Shown piece after piece: positions 41,362-49,449 of a stretch of DNA of 64,000 bases. Made by a program: the position numbers and the translations under genes. The DNA lies in IMG/VR virus record IMGVR_UViG_3300021378_000014, positions 1 through 64,000 of that record; one strand, given 5' to 3'. Within the stretch, counting starts at the first letter, position 1, and each line of letters starts with the position of its first letter. This DNA comes from a virus. A model generated the notes under the pieces. That model did no database searches. It was not told the DNA's origin and saw nothing but the letters and a program-made list of their open reading frames with translations.

Positions 41362-41681
41362 TATTTTGTAGTTTTAGCTGCAATTTCATGAGCATAGGCC
41401 ATTCTCCACATATTACCACCCATACAAATCATTTTATCTAATTCATATACATTTTGATGTGGTTCGCGGGCAGTTTCAGCTCCAACACGAGTTTGATATG
41501 TATCAATCAACGTCCCTTGACGATCAGTTACAAAACGAAACACTCCAAATTCTTTACCAGTATATGGATTTTTACCGGTAGCGTAATTTTTTGTTTTTCC
41601 ATTGTTATTACGTCCAAGTTTACGATTAGCTGCTTTTACACCGCTGGACTTAGTACTACTTCTTTTCTTAATTGCCATCAT
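41361..41681 (-). CDS. Small basic hypothetical protein
   Basis: K/R-rich N-terminus. Confidence 0.65.
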   Translation of the reverse strand: MMAIKKRSSTKSSGVKAANRKLGRNNNGKTKNYATGKNPYTGKEFGVFRFVTDRQGTLIDTYQTRVGAETAREPHQNVYELDKMICMGGNMWRMAYAHEIAAKTTK

Positions 41682-41730
41682 GTAATTGTTTGTGTTATAA
41701 CTTATAGGTTATAACGGATTAATAAATTAG

Positions 41731-41899
41731 TGGGAATAGTGGGATTCGAACCCTGATATATATTTATTACAACTAGTATTATGTAATATCAATCATTTTA
41801 CTTAGTTAACCAACAGCGTAACAATTTCAGTTACTAGTACTGCTAAAATTAACACTAGAGTTTGTATCTAGTCTAACTCTCCAACGTTAGCGTATTCCC
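41731..41899 (-). ncRNA. tRNA-like RNA with ~100-nt structured insert in the variable region
   Basis: Acceptor GGGAATA/TATTCCC+A; D arm CTAAC-GTTGGAGA-GTTAG; anticodon arm ACTAGA-TACAAAC-TCTAGT; T arm GGG-TTCGAAT-CCC; insert 41754-41853 folds into two hairpins. Confidence 0.65.
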
Positions 41900-41933
41900 C
41901 CCAGTACCGTAGGTACAGAACTTTAATTAATAG

Positions 41934-42017
41934 TACCGGGAAAGGGACTTGAACCCTCAATTCCAGATGGAAACAGGATTTTAAGTCCTGCGTGTCTACC
42001 AATTTCACCACCCCGGT
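41934..42017 (-). tRNA. trnL: tRNA-Leu(UAA)
   Basis: ACCGGGGTGGTGAAATTGGTAGACACGCAGGACTTAAAATCCTG...GAGGGTTCAAGTCCCTTTCCCGGTA; long variable arm; CCA not encoded. Confidence 0.93.
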
Positions 42018-42044
42018 ATGTAATGCAGTAATCAATACATTTAT

Positions 42045-42212
42045 TTATCGTATAATCAATTTGTGTAACTGAAATATAATAATAAACAAAAGTATAGCTT
42101 CAATGTTTACATCTAGCACTGTAGATACAATAGCTATTATACCGAATATAATTACTAGTACTAATAGTGTAAACATTAGTTTCTCTATTTGCAGTTTGTT
42201 TATTTTAATCAT
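42045..42212 (-). CDS. Small two-TM membrane protein (55 aa, absent from the ORF track)
   Basis: MIKINKLQIEKLMFTLLVLVIIFGIIAIVSTVLDVNIEAILLFIIIFQLHKLIIR. Confidence 0.55.
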   Translation of the reverse strand: MIKINKLQIEKLMFTLLVLVIIFGIIAIVSTVLDVNIEAILLFIIIFQLHKLIIR

Positions 42213-42357
42213 AACGAGTATACAGGTGAATGAATAAAAAGTCTATTTGGAATTGGTATCCATCATAGGTGATAGATAGTAAACTACGTTCATTAAAGCT
42301 GGTAATAAACGTAGCTATTGCAATTCCATAACGAAAACTAAGTAGTTCAAATTTCAT
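42205..42357 (-). CDS. Small hypothetical protein (50 aa, absent from the ORF track)
   Basis: MKFELLSFRYG...LYTRYD; its stop overlaps the next start. Confidence 0.5.
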   Translation of the reverse strand: MKFELLSFRYGIAIATFITSFNERSLLSITYDGYQFQIDFLFIHLYTRYD

Positions 42358-42436
42358 TATCTTGCGTTTATAGATATAGGAGCAGTTATCTTATATTGAT
42401 AAGCTCTATACCGGATTGTATATAAAGTTTTCAGTC

Positions 42437-42619
42437 TCATAATCGTACGTTTAACAATAATAATAATCCTGTGAATATTCCAATGACAACTATAATTAGC
42501 TGTAAGCCTAATATTATATCATTGTCATAGGTATATTTACATACTGGATATATACATATAATACATAGAATAATAAATGCTGTATATAGTATATTTAATC
42601 GTTGTTTAGTTATTTTCAT
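42437..42619 (-). CDS. Small two-TM membrane protein
   Basis: Two hydrophobic segments. Confidence 0.6.
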   Translation of the reverse strand: MKITKQRLNILYTAFIILCIICIYPVCKYTYDNDIILGLQLIIVVIGIFTGLLLLLNVRL

Positions 42620-42757
42620 CTAGTAATTGTTTTGTTTTGTTTGTCATTGTATTATGTTTTTCGTCAGTGCTACAATATTATAGCAGACTACCACCCGTAA
42701 AGGTACAAGAACTTTAACTTGTTTATTGGTAGTTTCGATCAGTTTTTTATGTTAAAA

Positions 42758-42982
42758 TTATTCAGGCAAAAGTATCGTGATATTTACACTTTCTTCCGTA
42801 ATTGTAACATCAATGTTGTATTTAGTGAATAATTGTGAGTTCTGTAGTTGTAATCCTAGTATGAATAACAAATCAGTTGCAAAATTATTTGTTACTATCA
42901 TATTGGAATTGAACATATCACGTATTACAATTACTAGTCGGGCTTCAATAGTACCTTTAGGGTATGCATGGGTTATTTTCAT
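42758..42982 (-). CDS. Hypothetical protein
   Basis: Probable start MKITHAYP after an A-rich leader. Confidence 0.55.
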   Translation of the reverse strand: MKITHAYPKGTIEARLVIVIRDMFNSNMIVTNNFATDLLFILGLQLQNSQLFTKYNIDVTITEESVNITILLPE

Positions 42983-43200
42983 GGTATTAGTTTTAGTAGT
43001 TATTTTATGTCTTGAGGTTTGCGATGTATTGCGGAACATTGAAGTTACGCTTTAATAATAAGAGGGTGATGGGTAATAGTATGATTATGGTTAATAAAAA
43101 GGGAATTAATATTAGGGATTTGGGTATGGTTAAGGGGAAGAGTACGGAGTACAGGAACACTATCACCTATCCTAATCTCCGTACTCTTACCAATTCACTT

Positions 43201-43395
43201 CTAATTCACTACTGTAATTCTTCCGCATTCTGGACATTTGCAATTACCTTTAGGTTCTTTTCTAGTTCTAGTTACAGAACCACACCATTTGCATATCCAC
43301 AAGTAAGCCTTATTCATCGCCGATGTAAGTTTCACATCCACATTCGTCACATTCTTTAGTACCTCTTGGTTTAAATAATGTACGATGAATAGCAC
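43201..43395 (-). CDS. Small Zn-ribbon protein
   Basis: CKWCG...CKCPECG. Confidence 0.6.
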   Translation of the reverse strand: MLFIVHYLNQEVLKNVTNVDVKLTSAMNKAYLWICKWCGSVTRTRKEPKGNCKCPECGRITVVN

Positions 43396-43433
43396 TACAC
43401 CATTTACATATCCAGAAATGAGATTTAAGTTTG

Positions 43434-43727
43434 TTAAACATTGCTTATAGCATTAAAGGTTTCATTAATAGCTTCATACGATCGCTTAATCGTAATCCAC
43501 GTTCCAACTTCGGTAATAGCGTTAAATATATGCTCGCTATTACCATTCATTTCCGTAAGCATATCTACGGCAGTATTCCAGTTCTCTATTAGTTGATTAC
43601 TATGTGTAATCAAGTTATGAACTACATCTCTATTACTATTGGTAGCTACAGTATCTCTGTAAACTACCATTTCTTCTATCAGTAATCTTAGTGTATTAAT
43701 AGAGAACTGATTAGTTTCAGTTCTCAT
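43434..43727 (-). CDS. Hypothetical early protein
   Basis: 97-aa ORF with AT-rich leader. Confidence 0.65.
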   Translation of the reverse strand: MRTETNQFSINTLRLLIEEMVVYRDTVATNSNRDVVHNLITHSNQLIENWNTAVDMLTEMNGNSEHIFNAITEVGTWITIKRSYEAINETFNAISNV

Positions 43728-43924
43728 AGTTATATATTTAATTTATAGTTGTACGATGTTTGCAACTTATTTAATAGTACGATGTTTGCAGCTACGTTGG
43801 GTAGCAGAAACAATTGTACATCTAAGTGTGCATTTAAGAACACTTCACATATTAGTAGGTAGTTCTTTATTGAGGTTGCGATTAACAGCATCACGAGTTC
43901 AGTTAAGAACGCGTGATATTGCTG

Positions 43925-44107
43925 CTATTGAGAGATAAAAACAGATGTTCCTGTGCCAGTATTACCTAAATACACACCAAGTTTACCGTTAGGTAACGTT
44001 TCGGTGTATTCTTCAGAATACTCTACACATACCATATTTGGATGGTTTTGTTTAGCTTCAGCTACTGTATTATATACGTAGTAAGCTTTAGTTGCTGGAT
44101 AGTACAT
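43925..44107 (-). CDS. Hypothetical early protein
   Basis: 60-aa ORF adjacent to the next gene. Confidence 0.6.
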   Translation of the reverse strand: MYYPATKAYYVYNTVAEAKQNHPNMVCVEYSEEYTETLPNGKLGVYLGNTGTGTSVFISQ

Positions 44108-44109
44108 AG

Positions 44110-44349
44110 TTAAAAAATTTGGGTATAATCGTGTACAATATAAGTATAACCAAGGCTATTACCTTCTGGCACATTTTCCCAATCCTGATGAAGTAGCTGC
44201 TGTACTAGCAGCAGTAACTTCAGCGTAATATCGTAATATTTAGCAGCGGCTTCTTTAGCTTCCTCTACAGTTTCAAATTCTCCTACAGGCGCTGACCACG
44301 CAATGTGGTTACTTTGAATTTGATCACTAACTTGAGCTACAGTAAACAT
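44110..44349 (-). CDS. Hypothetical early protein
   Basis: 79-aa ORF with FETVEEAKEAA motif. Confidence 0.65.
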   Translation of the reverse strand: MFTVAQVSDQIQSNHIAWSAPVGEFETVEEAKEAAAKYYDITLKLLLLVQQLLHQDWENVPEGNSLGYTYIVHDYTQIF

Positions 44350-44359
44350 AGTTAATTCA

Positions 44360-44412
44360 TTTAAAAGATTAATAAAAAGGGTAGCAGCCTTACGACTACT
44401 ACCCCTAATTCA
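44360..44412 (-). repeat. Intergenic cassette copy 1 (terminator hairpin plus leader)
   Basis: TTTAAAAGATTAATAAAAAGGGTAGCAGCCTTACGACTACTACCCCTAATTCA; near-identical to 44668-44720. Confidence 0.85.
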
Positions 44413-44423
44413 AAATGTTATCG

Positions 44424-44657
44424 TTAAGCTATTCGTCTAACACTTAACGGCATAATCTTTTCTTTTAGAATCTTCCGATTATAAAGATTATCCGTTTCTT
44501 TTTTATTAATACAGCTAACTTCTACGTTAACTGTATCTTTTTCTTTATCGTAATTAAAGATTTTTTCTACTTTCCAATCACCTATCCCAGATTGGATCAT
44601 AGAGTGCATATGATGCACTTTCATAATAAAAGTTCTTGTTTTCTTTGAATTATTCAT
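44424..44657 (-). CDS. Hypothetical early protein flanked by the repeated cassettes
   Basis: Probable start MNNSKK, since the longer start lies inside the hairpin. Confidence 0.6.
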   Translation of the reverse strand: MNNSKKTRTFIMKVHHMHSMIQSGIGDWKVEKIFNYDKEKDTVNVEVSCINKKETDNLYNRKILKEKIMPLSVRRIA

Positions 44658-44667
44658 TGTTGTTTTG

Positions 44668-44720
44668 TTTAAAAGATTAATAAAAAGAGTAGCAGTCATA
44701 AGACCACTACTCCTAATTCA
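44668..44720 (-). repeat. Intergenic cassette copy 2 (terminator hairpin plus leader)
   Basis: TTTAAAAGATTAATAAAAAGAGTAGCAGTCATAAGACCACTACTCCTAATTCA. Confidence 0.85.
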
Positions 44721-44732
44721 TTAAATACTAGA

Positions 44733-45380
44733 CTACGGATTTACTTCTTCCAAATCTAGCTCTTCAGCAGGCACTTCTACTTTACTAGCAGATGGTACAT
44801 TAGATGTAGTCATCATGCTAACAAACATCTGTGTTGCTGCATTCTCGGTCATACGGCCAAGTTTACCTGCAACTTCAGCAGACGGAATGTAAGTAAAGCC
44901 AGTAATTGAAAGAAAAGTGCTGGTATAAGTACCAGTAACTTTACGGCCAGCTTTCTTTCCAGTATACGTTTCACCTTCGATATTAAGTTTAACATCAAGA
45001 GTAAATCGACCTTGGTCAATCGCGCCAGTTGTTGCAATACCCATGTGCGAAAAATTAGCGAAACGTGCATTTTTAGCTACAACATCGGCACGTCCAGGTG
45101 CTAACAAAATAGTGTCATGCTTTTCGCCGACGCACAAGCCACGAGCAAAGGTTTCATCCATATCATCAGGATCAATACCAATAGATACACGTGGCGCACC
45201 ATTTACCATATTAGGTATAATGCCTAATGTAGTAATGCCTACTGTTACTTGTGCAATACCAGTTGGATTGTCAATACGAAACTGCTTTATGTAAGCAGCC
45301 AACGCTGCTGCATAAGTTGCAGCATCTTCATCACTTAAAGCCGCTACTTGGGCTTTAGTAAGAAATTGAAATGTGTTCAT
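44733..45380 (-). CDS. Hypothetical early protein with acidic tail
   Basis: 215 aa, ends EELDLEEVNP. Confidence 0.75.
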   Translation of the reverse strand: MNTFQFLTKAQVAALSDEDAATYAAALAAYIKQFRIDNPTGIAQVTVGITTLGIIPNMVNGAPRVSIGIDPDDMDETFARGLCVGEKHDTILLAPGRADVVAKNARFANFSHMGIATTGAIDQGRFTLDVKLNIEGETYTGKKAGRKVTGTYTSTFLSITGFTYIPSAEVAGKLGRMTENAATQMFVSMMTTSNVPSASKVEVPAEELDLEEVNP

Positions 45381-45457
45381 ACTAAAAGTGTTTAAAGGTT
45401 AAAAAGAATATGTCAAGTATTAGTAGGTGGTTTACGATTAAGGTTACGTCTAAACAG

Positions 45458-45487
45458 AGGAATATTACTATTGCTAGTAATATTCCT
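45458..45487. other. Perfect 13-bp inverted repeat
   Basis: AGGAATATTACTA-TTGC-TAGTAATATTCCT. Confidence 0.8.
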
Positions 45488-45492
45488 TACTG

Positions 45493-45705
45493 TTAGAACT
45501 GTTGTACGTCAGTTAAGAGGCTCGCGCATACTTCAAATATAGCAATGCTATTAGTTATATAAACTAATACAGCAATACCAGATTTAAATTCAGAATGTAC
45601 TCTTTGGTTTAGTATTCTAACCGTTGTACCTCTAGCATAATGAGTACCGAGGGGTTTAGTACTAGTTCTGCAAGGTACAATATCGGCAGCTAGGTATCTG
45701 CGCAT
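45493..45705 (-). CDS. Hypothetical protein, first gene of the leftward block
   Basis: 70-aa ORF. Confidence 0.5.
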   Translation of the reverse strand: MRRYLAADIVPCRTSTKPLGTHYARGTTVRILNQRVHSEFKSGIAVLVYITNSIAIFEVCASLLTDVQQF

Positions 45706-46543
45706 TTTTTGTGAGAATTGCGGCTGTTTTTACCAACCAGATTGAAAATAAGGCACCTAAGAGCTGTTTTGAGCGACTTGAGGCAAGGGCTAAGGTATTA
45801 ATACCTGTTAGCGTTCCGTGTCAGCACAACAGCACAAAGGTGCCCATTTGAAATGAAAATCGCAATCTCGATGCCTATTAGTATAGATGATCGAGATTTA
45901 ACGACTAATAGTAAACAATCAAGCATTGTATTAATACAATACTTGTTAGAATTTAAAATAGAGTGAAGTATCTAAGCATTTGTGAATCTAGTGATAGATT
46001 ACAACTACTTAGAATTAATAATAATAAGATGTAGATCACCATTGCCAGGGCAAGGATCAAGACATTTCTACATATTAATTCCCCAAAAAACTTTTGTTAA
46101 AGTTGCTATAGGGGATACTTCAACTCCAAACATTAGTAGGGGGTTGATGTTATGGTGGGTCACGACCCCTCTGTTAAAACATAACCCAAAAATTTTAAAC
46201 ATAATTTTTTAAAATCAAATTATAACTAATCTTTAACTTACTGTTAAAACTTCCCTTAAAAAATATACTATAAAAATTTTTAAAACTAATTTCTAACTTA
46301 ATTTTTTACTTATAGTTAAACCTACTGTTAAAACATAACCTAATAATCTTACAACTAGTCCAACTATTAATATTCCACATATACCTCCAAACATCACCAA
46401 ACATACCCTTATTATATAACGTTATATAACGTTACAACAAGTCTTAACTTATCTTTTACTCACGATATTCTTACTATATCTTATAATGTGTATATTTACA
46501 TAGAAAATAATCTACAATTAATTTTACAACTAAAAACTAAACA
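45706..46543. other. Divergent non-coding region; candidate genome-terminus junction or origin
   Basis: Strand switch; G-poor AT-rich tract; CTGTTAAAAC x3 (46171, 46241, 46325); tandem TTATATAACG at 46412-46434; several palindromes. Confidence 0.55.
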
Positions 46544-46963
46544 ATGAATTTTGATAGAGTTGATGATAAACTAATTATTAAAATGCAAGAACGGTTAAAT
46601 CAAAACCGGCTAGTACCTTTGAGTGTAGAACAAATTAAAGCAGTAATACGAGGACAAAGTGCTTCTATAAAAGCTGCTATTGAAATAGGAGTACCTATTC
46701 GTTTATTGTATACTGGTAGTTTTACTTTAAAACCTGCAGTACTATTAAGACAAAATCAAGGAAGAACTTTTACGGGAATTACTGATGATTTAAATTTAAT
46801 GGAAGATAAGAAAGTAAGTAAAAAACTAACGGCCTCTAAAGCTGAAGAATTAACTAGACTAGAAGGAGTACTTAAATATAAATATACAGTTGCTCCTGAA
46901 GCTAAATCAAGTTTCTTATCTGAACTTAATAAAAACAAGTCTATTACTCAACGTAGAAACTAA
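46544..46963 (+). CDS. IHF/HU-like DNA-binding protein
   Basis: IKAVI...IKAAIEIGVPIRLLYTGSFTLK resembles the HU/IHF helix-strand core; crAss-like phages carry IHF homologues in the head block. Confidence 0.6.
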   Translation: MNFDRVDDKLIIKMQERLNQNRLVPLSVEQIKAVIRGQSASIKAAIEIGVPIRLLYTGSFTLKPAVLLRQNQGRTFTGITDDLNLMEDKKVSKKLTASKAEELTRLEGVLKYKYTVAPEAKSSFLSELNKNKSITQRRN

Positions 46964-46970
46964 TAATAAC

Positions 46971-47001
46971 TTGCATTATATACTAGAACACCTTATCTTT
47001 G
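46971..47001 (+). promoter_or_regulatory. Bacteroidota sigma-type promoter
   Basis: TTG (46971), 20-nt spacer, TATCTTTG (46994-47001). Confidence 0.6.
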
Positions 47002-47044
47002 TACTATACTTAACGAATTAAGTATTTAATCTTTTAAATCAAAA

Positions 47045-47263
47045 TTGATATGTGTTATGAAAACTTTGCAAATTACAGATTGTATTTTTAATCGTTATTC
47101 TGGTTTTTACGTCCAGAATAAGGGTGTATCACCAAATGACGCTTATAAGTTTGTAATGAACGCTAGGCTTCGTAATATAAATGATTTCAATATTGCTCGA
47201 ATGGTTAAAGTGCAAGTTGGTGATAGTATAGAATCTTTATTGAATCTACTTACTAAAGTATAA
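47045..47263 (+). CDS. Hypothetical protein
   Basis: ORF downstream of the promoter. Confidence 0.6.
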   Translation: MICVMKTLQITDCIFNRYSGFYVQNKGVSPNDAYKFVMNARLRNINDFNIARMVKVQVGDSIESLLNLLTKV

Positions 47264-47272
47264 CTACTACAA

Positions 47273-47965
47273 ATGAAACTATTTAAAGTTGATGTACTAC
47301 AAGGAACAATAGAGTTCCTGGAGAATGAGTTTGGGGCCATACGAGAATTTAAAGCGGTAATGTCAAAACTGCGAAAGGTACAAGGCGACTCACAAGGTCG
47401 GTACAAGTTGCAGAACAAACGAGAACTACTATATATATTCTTTATGGCCGACTGGACTGGAGCTAATCCTTATCATAGTTTAACTGAAGTAGAACGGCAT
47501 CATAAAGCTGTTGAGGCTGCTGGGTTAGAACGTGGTTATGTTCCTGATGAGATAGTTCTTGATGCTTGTAATAAGTATATTGAACTACAGCAAGAAATGT
47601 CACCTACTACTAAGATTCTTGTTTCTCTTAAACGTAATATGCAACAAAGTAGTAATTACTTTGAAGGACTTGCTGAAGAGAATGAAAAACTTATTAATGT
47701 TAAGAAAAGTTTAACTCTTGAATTAGGAGGACAAACTGATGCAACATTATTAGAAAGTATTAGTGAGATTAATAAGATGTTACAAAGTAATATCTCTGCT
47801 GCTCAAAAATTTACAGTTAGTCTTGAACAAGCTATTGAAAAAATAGATAAACTTCAAGATAAAGCTAGATTTGAAATGACTAATAGCCGTCGGATAACTG
47901 GCGGTGGTGATTTGAACAATAGAGAACTTCCCAGTAATAGAGAAGATATTTCGGGTAATAGATAA
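47273..47965 (+). CDS. Coiled-coil protein, possible small terminase subunit
   Basis: Small N-terminal domain (RELLYIFFMADW..NPY) plus two long helices; upstream of TerL. Confidence 0.5.
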   Translation: MKLFKVDVLQGTIEFLENEFGAIREFKAVMSKLRKVQGDSQGRYKLQNKRELLYIFFMADWTGANPYHSLTEVERHHKAVEAAGLERGYVPDEIVLDACNKYIELQQEMSPTTKILVSLKRNMQQSSNYFEGLAEENEKLINVKKSLTLELGGQTDATLLESISEINKMLQSNISAAQKFTVSLEQAIEKIDKLQDKARFEMTNSRRITGGGDLNNRELPSNREDISGNR

Positions 47966-48041
47966 TGATACTAACCAGTAATATTCCTATTACTGGGAAA
48001 GATTTCTTAACTTTAATTATTAATTAATTAAATTAGAACTC

Positions 48042-48215
48042 ATGAAAGGCGATAAAAAGAAACAACTAATACCACAAACAACTAGAACTAAAGCAGTACG
48101 AGAAGTTGAAGAGGCAATTAGAGATAATAAGATAAGTAAACAATTTGTTAAAGATCACCTTTGTTCTGATCCTAATTGTAAAACTTGTAACGCTTTTCGT
48201 GCAGTAATAAAATAA
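48042..48215 (+). CDS. Small basic protein with HxCx4CxxC motif (57 aa, absent from the ORF track)
   Basis: MKGDKKKQ...DHLCSDPNCKTCNAFRAVIK; fills the gap before the nuclease gene. Confidence 0.6.
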   Translation: MKGDKKKQLIPQTTRTKAVREVEEAIRDNKISKQFVKDHLCSDPNCKTCNAFRAVIK

Positions 48216-48221
48216 TGAATT

Positions 48222-49274
48222 ATGACAATGCAACAACGTACTATTACGTTTGATCCTGGACCGCATACTTATACTGATGAAACTGGTGCTCCTTATATTA
48301 GTGTTACTACTTTAATTGGTAGTGTAGAGCCTGAGTATCCTGCAAGATTTTGGGCTATGTATAGAGCTGTAGATCAAGTAGGTATATATAAGCCTAGACC
48401 TTTTTTAGAACATGATAGTATCGAAGTTACATTTAGAGGTAAAAGGATTAAATTTGGATTAGATGCTCTTTACAACGGAGTTATACCGTTAAACAAATCA
48501 GCAGCTAGTATTAATGCTGAATGGGAAGAAGAAAAAGATTTAGCTTGTGAATGGGGTACTAATAAACATGATTACCTTGAAGGTTGTATTAATAAATTTG
48601 CTACCACAAATTATGTAAATGTACACGAGATATACGAACGTAGTAACTCTTTAGGTTTTGCTTATAAAGTTACTAATATGGAAGAGCTGGAAGCTAGTCC
48701 ATTACGTTTAATGTATCCTACTATTTATGAGCAAATTGCTCGTTATATTAAAGCTGGATGGATAGCGTATGCAGAGAAACGTATATATTCTAGTATTCAT
48801 AAAGTAGCCGGAACAATTGATTTATTATTAGTTAAAAATGGTAAGTTTCTTATTATTGATTGGAAAACCAATAAAGATAAGTTAACTTGGGAAGCTGGTT
48901 ATTATAAGAAAGAGTGGAACGCTGATCGTAGCCGTAAAGTTAAAACTAGTGAGTTTATTAAACGTAACGATTGTTTTCTTTTTCCATTAAATAAACTACC
49001 ATTATGTAAAGGTAATATTTACACACTTCAACTTTCACTATATACTTATATATGTGAACTATGGGGATTAAAAAGTGTAGGTACTTTACTTTGTCATATA
49101 CGACCACATCTATCTAACGATGGAGAAGTGCTGTATGAAGCTGATGGTATTACTCGTAAAGAACATGAACCTGAATTTTATAAGATTGCTTATAAGAAAG
49201 CTGAGGTTGCCCGGTTATTATCTTGGCGATTAGGCGAAATACACCGTTTTCAGCAACCTGAATTTAGTATCTGA
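48222..49274 (+). CDS. PD-(D/E)xK nuclease
   Basis: YISVTTLI, GTNKH, AEKRIY, AGTIDLL, IIDWKTNK, YTLQLSLY. Confidence 0.88.
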   Translation: MTMQQRTITFDPGPHTYTDETGAPYISVTTLIGSVEPEYPARFWAMYRAVDQVGIYKPRPFLEHDSIEVTFRGKRIKFGLDALYNGVIPLNKSAASINAEWEEEKDLACEWGTNKHDYLEGCINKFATTNYVNVHEIYERSNSLGFAYKVTNMEELEASPLRLMYPTIYEQIARYIKAGWIAYAEKRIYSSIHKVAGTIDLLLVKNGKFLIIDWKTNKDKLTWEAGYYKKEWNADRSRKVKTSEFIKRNDCFLFPLNKLPLCKGNIYTLQLSLYTYICELWGLKSVGTLLCHIRPHLSNDGEVLYEADGITRKEHEPEFYKIAYKKAEVARLLSWRLGEIHRFQQPEFSI

Positions 49275-49361
49275 CCATTAGTATGGGATTGATAGTCAAA
49301 TTCACTGGTACAGCTCAAAACAACGTATAAAGGAATTGGATGTGAGGATTTGGTATATTTC

Positions 49362-49392
49362 AGCCCGGCGGTCTAACTGTCGGGCTTTTTTT
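49362..49392 (+). terminator. Intrinsic terminator
   Basis: AGCCCGGCGG...CTGTCGGGCT followed by a T run. Confidence 0.8.
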
Positions 49393-49449
49393 GTACCTAG
49401 TGTAATAAGAAATAAAACTATTATAAAATATTAAATTAGAAACGATGTT

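Noticed and set aside
41731-41899. tmRNA, or a group I intron-containing tRNA
   Set aside because: Too short, it has a paired D stem, no tag ORF is evident, and the insert lies in the variable region rather than the anticodon loop.
48222-49274. Cas4/CRISPR system
   Set aside because: A stand-alone PD-(D/E)xK nuclease typical of phage head modules; no array or other cas genes.
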